Shown here: one piece after another, positions 59,701-64,000 of the stretch | How positions within the stretch are numbered: the first letter of the stretch is position 1 | Layout of the letters: the number at the start of each line of letters is the position of its first letter | Position numbers and translations under genes: made by a program | The notes under the pieces: model-generated | Database searches by the model: none | Seen by the model: the letters and a program-made list of their open reading frames with translations, nothing else | Told to the model about the DNA's origin: nothing | From: Hyaloraphidium curvatum SAG 235-1 | Lineage: Eukaryota > Fungi > Monoblepharomycota | Assembly: GCA_025558095.1 (NCBI GenBank) | Contig: JAIVFI010000036.1 | Location: forward strand, 372,001-436,000 | Direction of reading: 5' to 3' | DNA: 64,000 nt

Positions 59701-60786
59701 ACGGGGGCAACGGGGACGGCAGGCTGGGCGCCAGGACGGGGAGGGAGCGCGGGGGCGGTCAGGGGGTGCGGAGAGGGCGAGCGGCGGTCTCGAGAGGCCT
59801 GGAAGAGGAAAAGGTTCGTGAGATGGAAGAAACGTCCGCATGGAATGGACTGCACCTCTTCCGTGATCTTCTCGACGATCTCCTTGCGATGCGTCGCCAA
59901 GTCCGAGACGAACGATATGTTCTCGAAGCCTAGAAGGTCCAACAACGCATTCTGCACATCATCGTCTGCAAGTCGTTGTCGTCAGTTGATGTGTCCGAGA
60001 ATAACAAGTCGGGCTCAACCCACCAGTGCGGTCTCCCTTTAGGAGCAACAGCAGGTCCGTTGCCAGCTGCTCCGGCGTCAGGAACCCGACCCCATCATCG
60101 CCGCCACCCTGGAGGAACTGGTCGACGTGCTTGCGAGATTGTTCCAGCAGCCAAGACCGGCCGAACTGGGCGTCGGATGCCGGTGGAACCGGGGCCTCGG
60201 CAACGGCCGGCCGCACTGGCACTGGCCTCACGAGATCCGCCTGCTTTGCGGCCTCGGCCTGCTTCCCCGCATCCTCCTGGCTCACAGCGTCCGCATCGTC
60301 GATGGTGAGGCCGACCGCGGGCACGCCGACGCGAGCCGCGTTCTCCTCGTCCGAGTCGACGACCGTCGACGTGTCCCCCGCGTCAGCCTCTGCGGACGGC
60401 GCCGGCGAGCCCCCGCGGAAGCGCACGCGCGCGCCCCACAGCGAGTCGCTCGAGTCGGACGCGGCGTCGGGCACGTCGAACGGGTCGTTGTACGCGGCGG
60501 TGAATGCCGACTCGGCGTCCGAGTCGTCGGGCGGCGGCGCCGCCAGCGCGGGCGCGGACCGCAGCGCGAGCAGCTGCGACCACGCGGACGCGCGGAGCTG
60601 CGCGAACGACGCCGGCGCGCGGCCTTTGGCCACTCCCTCGGCAGCCGGCGAAGTGTCGCCATTCTCGCCCTCCGATTCGCCGTCCGAGGGCGCATCGCCG
60701 CGCCGCAACCGTTCGAGCTCGTCAAAGAGGTCGAGGAAACGCGTCGCCGTCGGCGTGACCGCGGGAAACGTCGCGTCGGACGCCAT
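53712..60786 (-). CDS. SLH1: Ski2-like tandem helicase/Sec63 protein Slh1/ASCC3 (RQT complex)
   Basis: Two helicase cassettes (APTGAGKT...DEVHLL; APTGSGKT...DEIHLL) plus two Sec63 regions. Confidence 0.9.
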
Positions 60787-61252
60787 GGTTGGCTTGAATG
60801 TTGACGAGACACCAGATCGACGCCGGGTGCAGATCGCGGACCTCGACTTCAGCAGTCTAGTGCAGATCTGCATAAAGCAACATGGTTTCCTTCAAGCCAA
60901 GCACGATCTGCATTCCATTTTCGTCTGGTGGTGGACGCCAAGGAGGAGTGTTGGTCTCACCGGTCCAGATGGAGTACGAGGCACCGTGCACTCGGAAGGC
61001 ACGATCGGCCGCCGAATGTGGATTGCGAAGTTCTGAAAGCTACATCCCTGGCGGATTGGTTGTTTTGCGAGGCGTGACACCGACGTCCTGCCGACTTCCA
61101 TGTCATGAGTTGGCGCTTGCAGACACTGGAGCCTGCACCACTGGTGCCCGCGTCGGTCCACCAACAGTTCCCCAAACACGCCGCATGGCGCCTCCGCCGC
61201 CGCAATTAAATTTCCTGCCGCGATAGTTGAGAGCCTGGCGGACCGCGGCACC

Positions 61253-64000
61253 ATGGAGGCGGTCACCGCGTCGCCCGGGGGCGCCGAGTGGGCGCACCTC
61301 GTCCACGCCGAGGTCGTCAACGTCGTGGGCGCCATGCGCCGCAACCAGCGCTGGTCGGTCGCCGCGCGGCCGCCGTTCGCGCCCGCCGACGACGGCTTCC
61401 GCATGTCGTGGCGGGAGTACGCGCGCGTGCTCGCCGACCTGCTGGGCAAAGAGGGCGTCGCGCAGGGCGCGGACGCCCCCGAGCCGGAGCAGGAGGACGA
61501 GGGCGGCGACCTGCTGGCCGAGTTTGCTCGCCTGCGGGTCTACTTGGAGGGCGTCAAGGGTGGGTGGCCCATTGCCCGTGCCAGTCCCGGCATGGTAACG
61601 CCCTCCCCGCAGAGCTCGAGTCGCTGGACCCCATTCTGCTCCTGCACCCCTTCCTGCTCGTCATCCGCTCGGGCGACACCTCGGGCCCCATCACCGGGGC
61701 CGCCCTTTCCTCCGTGGAGCGCTTCGTGTTCTCCGGGATCCTCACGCCCCCCGCGCCGCACCCCAACCTCCCCCGCGCCGTCGCCAACCTCATTTCGGCC
61801 GTCACCCGGTGCAAATTCGAGGCCACAGACGCGGTGTCGGACGAGGTTGTGCTCGGGAGGATACTCAAACTTTTGAGGACGGTGGCTGCGGGCCTGGGGC
61901 AGTGGGTCGACGACAGGGGCATGTGCGAGATGGTCGAGGCTGGGCTCGGGATGTGCTTCCAGGGCAGGGTGTCCGGTGGGTACCTTTCTGTGCCGGATCG
62001 TTGCTCGTCTCACCATAGGCTGCCCCGTTTCCCCCTATAGAGCTCCTTCGACGGAGCGCGGAGGACACACTGGTCCTGCTCATCCGCTCGCTCGCCGACC
62101 GCCTCCCCTCCGCCCTCGACGAAGCCGAATCCCCTTCCTCCTCCACCCCCACCGCCTTCCGCCCCTTCTCCCTCCCCTCGATCCTCGAATCCCTCCGCGT
62201 GCTCGTCTCCATCATCGACCCCCGGAACCGGCACACGCACACCGACTCTGTGCACCGCGTCGTCGCCCTGGGCCTCCTCTGTACGTTCGTGGAGAACGCG
62301 GGCGGAAGCGTGGGGCGGTGGGTGAGAATCGGGAGGGGGGTGCTGGAGAAGGGGAGGGAGAGGGAGAGGATCAAGAGGATCGAGAAGGCCGCTGGAAAGG
62401 GCCCGGTGGTAGAGGCGGCCAAGGAGGAAGGGACGGGAGAGAGCGACGAGGAGCGAGGGAGGACAAGGGAGGTCAAGGAGACGGTGAACACCGATCCGGC
62501 GGCCGTGGACGGGGCCCCGGAAGGCGCCCCGGCCGAGTCGGCAGGGGAAGCTGCTGAGGACGGTACGGCGCCCGCCGCGGACGCGGACAAGGAAAAGTCG
62601 AAGGATTCGGCGCCGCTCGAGATCCATCTGGATACGGGACCGGCGCCGGACGCGGAGCCTTCCCCCGAGCTCGGGGAAGAGCTGCAGCCTTCGGCCGAAA
62701 TGCCGCCTCCTTACGAAGGCGACGACGCGGTGCACGCTCCGGCGGCGCAGCTCCTCTCGGACGACATGCCCCGCTTCCTTTTCTATCTCCTGCGGACGGA
62801 TCACCTGACTTTTGCCAGCCCGCCGACGCCGGTGCACCTCACCGTGCTCCAGCTCACGCTGCGCTGCCTCGCCGGGCTGTTTGCCACCGCGCGCGGGGAG
62901 CTCAAGGGGCAGTACGGCTGGCTCGTGACCAGCGTCATCAGCCGCGGAGACCAGGGGGTGGTGGCATGGGACGTGGAGGGCGGCACGGGTTCGAGCGAGC
63001 CCGAGGAGGCCAAGGCCTCCGGGTCTGGACCGGTTCCCATCCGGGCCAGCCACACCGTGTTCCCCGTCACGGGGGAGGTGCGCGAGCTGCTGCTGGAAAC
63101 GCTGCTGCAATTTGCGCGCGTGCCGAGCTTCGCCGCGGAGCTGTGGGTCAACTTTGACGGGGACCCGTCGTCGCCGGGGCACCTCTTCGAAGATGCATTC
63201 AAGTTCCTCAGCCGGCACGGGTTCCCGGACGTGACCCCCGGCGGTCCCGTGACGACGCCGATCCACCAGAGCCTGTGCCTCGACAGCCTGCTCCTCTTCC
63301 TGAAGCACATGGTGGAGCGGCGCGGCGACGCGTCGGCGACCGCGACCGACGGTTCGGCGCTCCCCACGCCCGATCAGCTCCGCGAGAACAAGCTCAGGAA
63401 GAAGCAGCTCGCCGAGGGCGCCGAAAAGTTCAACGTGGACCCCAAGGAGGGCATCGCGCACCTGCAAGTCCACGGCTTCGTCCCCACCCCACCGACCCCG
63501 GAATCCATCGCCGCGTTCCTCCTCACCACCCCGGGCGTGAGCAAAAAACTGATCGGCGACTACATCTCCAAGCCGTCCAACGTGGACGTGCTCAAAGCCT
63601 TCATCGGGCAGTACGACTTTTCGGGCCGGAGGATCGACGAGGCGCTGCGGCTGATGCTGGAGGGGTTCAGGCTCCCCGGCGAGGCGCAGCAGATCGAGAG
63701 AATCATGGAGAACTTCGCCGAAAGGTACTTTTCCTCGCTGGAGAACGCCGAAGGGAAGGAGATCGAGACGCAGGACGCGACGTTCGTGCTCGCTTATTCG
63801 GTTATTATGCTCAACACGGACCAGCACAACCCGCAAGTCAGGGTGAGTGATCCGTACCCGCCGTGATCGACTCTTTCGAGCTGAGTTTCTTGGCAGCGCC
63901 GGATGACGCTCGAGGACTTCCAGCGCAACACCCGCGGCGTCAACAACGGCAAGAACTTCTCCCCCGACTACCTCTCGCAGATCTACGACGCCATCCGCGA
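61253..64000 (+). CDS. Large Arf-GEF (GBF1/Gea family), truncated at the window end
   Basis: PFLLVIRSGDTSGPITGAAL, CKFEATDAVSDEVV, LWVNFDGD, Sec7 motif FRLPGEAQQIERIME, YSVIMLNTDQHN. Confidence 0.9.

Overview
GC-rich, gene-dense eukaryotic DNA with many short GT-AG introns. Gene content (Zn2Cys6 transcription factor, AA11 LPMO, RAD7, PXA1) points to an early-diverging fungus; Monoblepharidomycetes is my inference only. There are about 30 protein-coding genes, mostly housekeeping: MPP10, SPB4, EBP2, RPB3, PDK, PXA1, translin, GH47 mannosidase, SDH3, RAD7, MMSDH, acyl-CoA synthetase, SLH1/ASCC3 and GEA/GBF1. The main finding is a DsbA/FrnE-family thioredoxin-fold gene (minus strand, 28723-27605). 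Its CPWC active site reads TGA-P-W-C (UxxC), and its 3' UTR holds a canonical type II SECIS hairpin (27480-27554), so it is very likely a fungal selenoprotein that the ORF track misses. Other findings are a U14 box C/D snoRNA inside an SDH3 intron, an intronless 7-TM protein resembling gustatory-receptor-like channels, several bacterial-type genes (LtaS-like, a beta-lactamase fold without its catalytic motifs, DMFase-like, SIMPL), and a membrane-anchored coiled-coil protein ending in a CBM20-like domain. Exon boundaries were read by eye and are approximate unless stated; no database searches were run.
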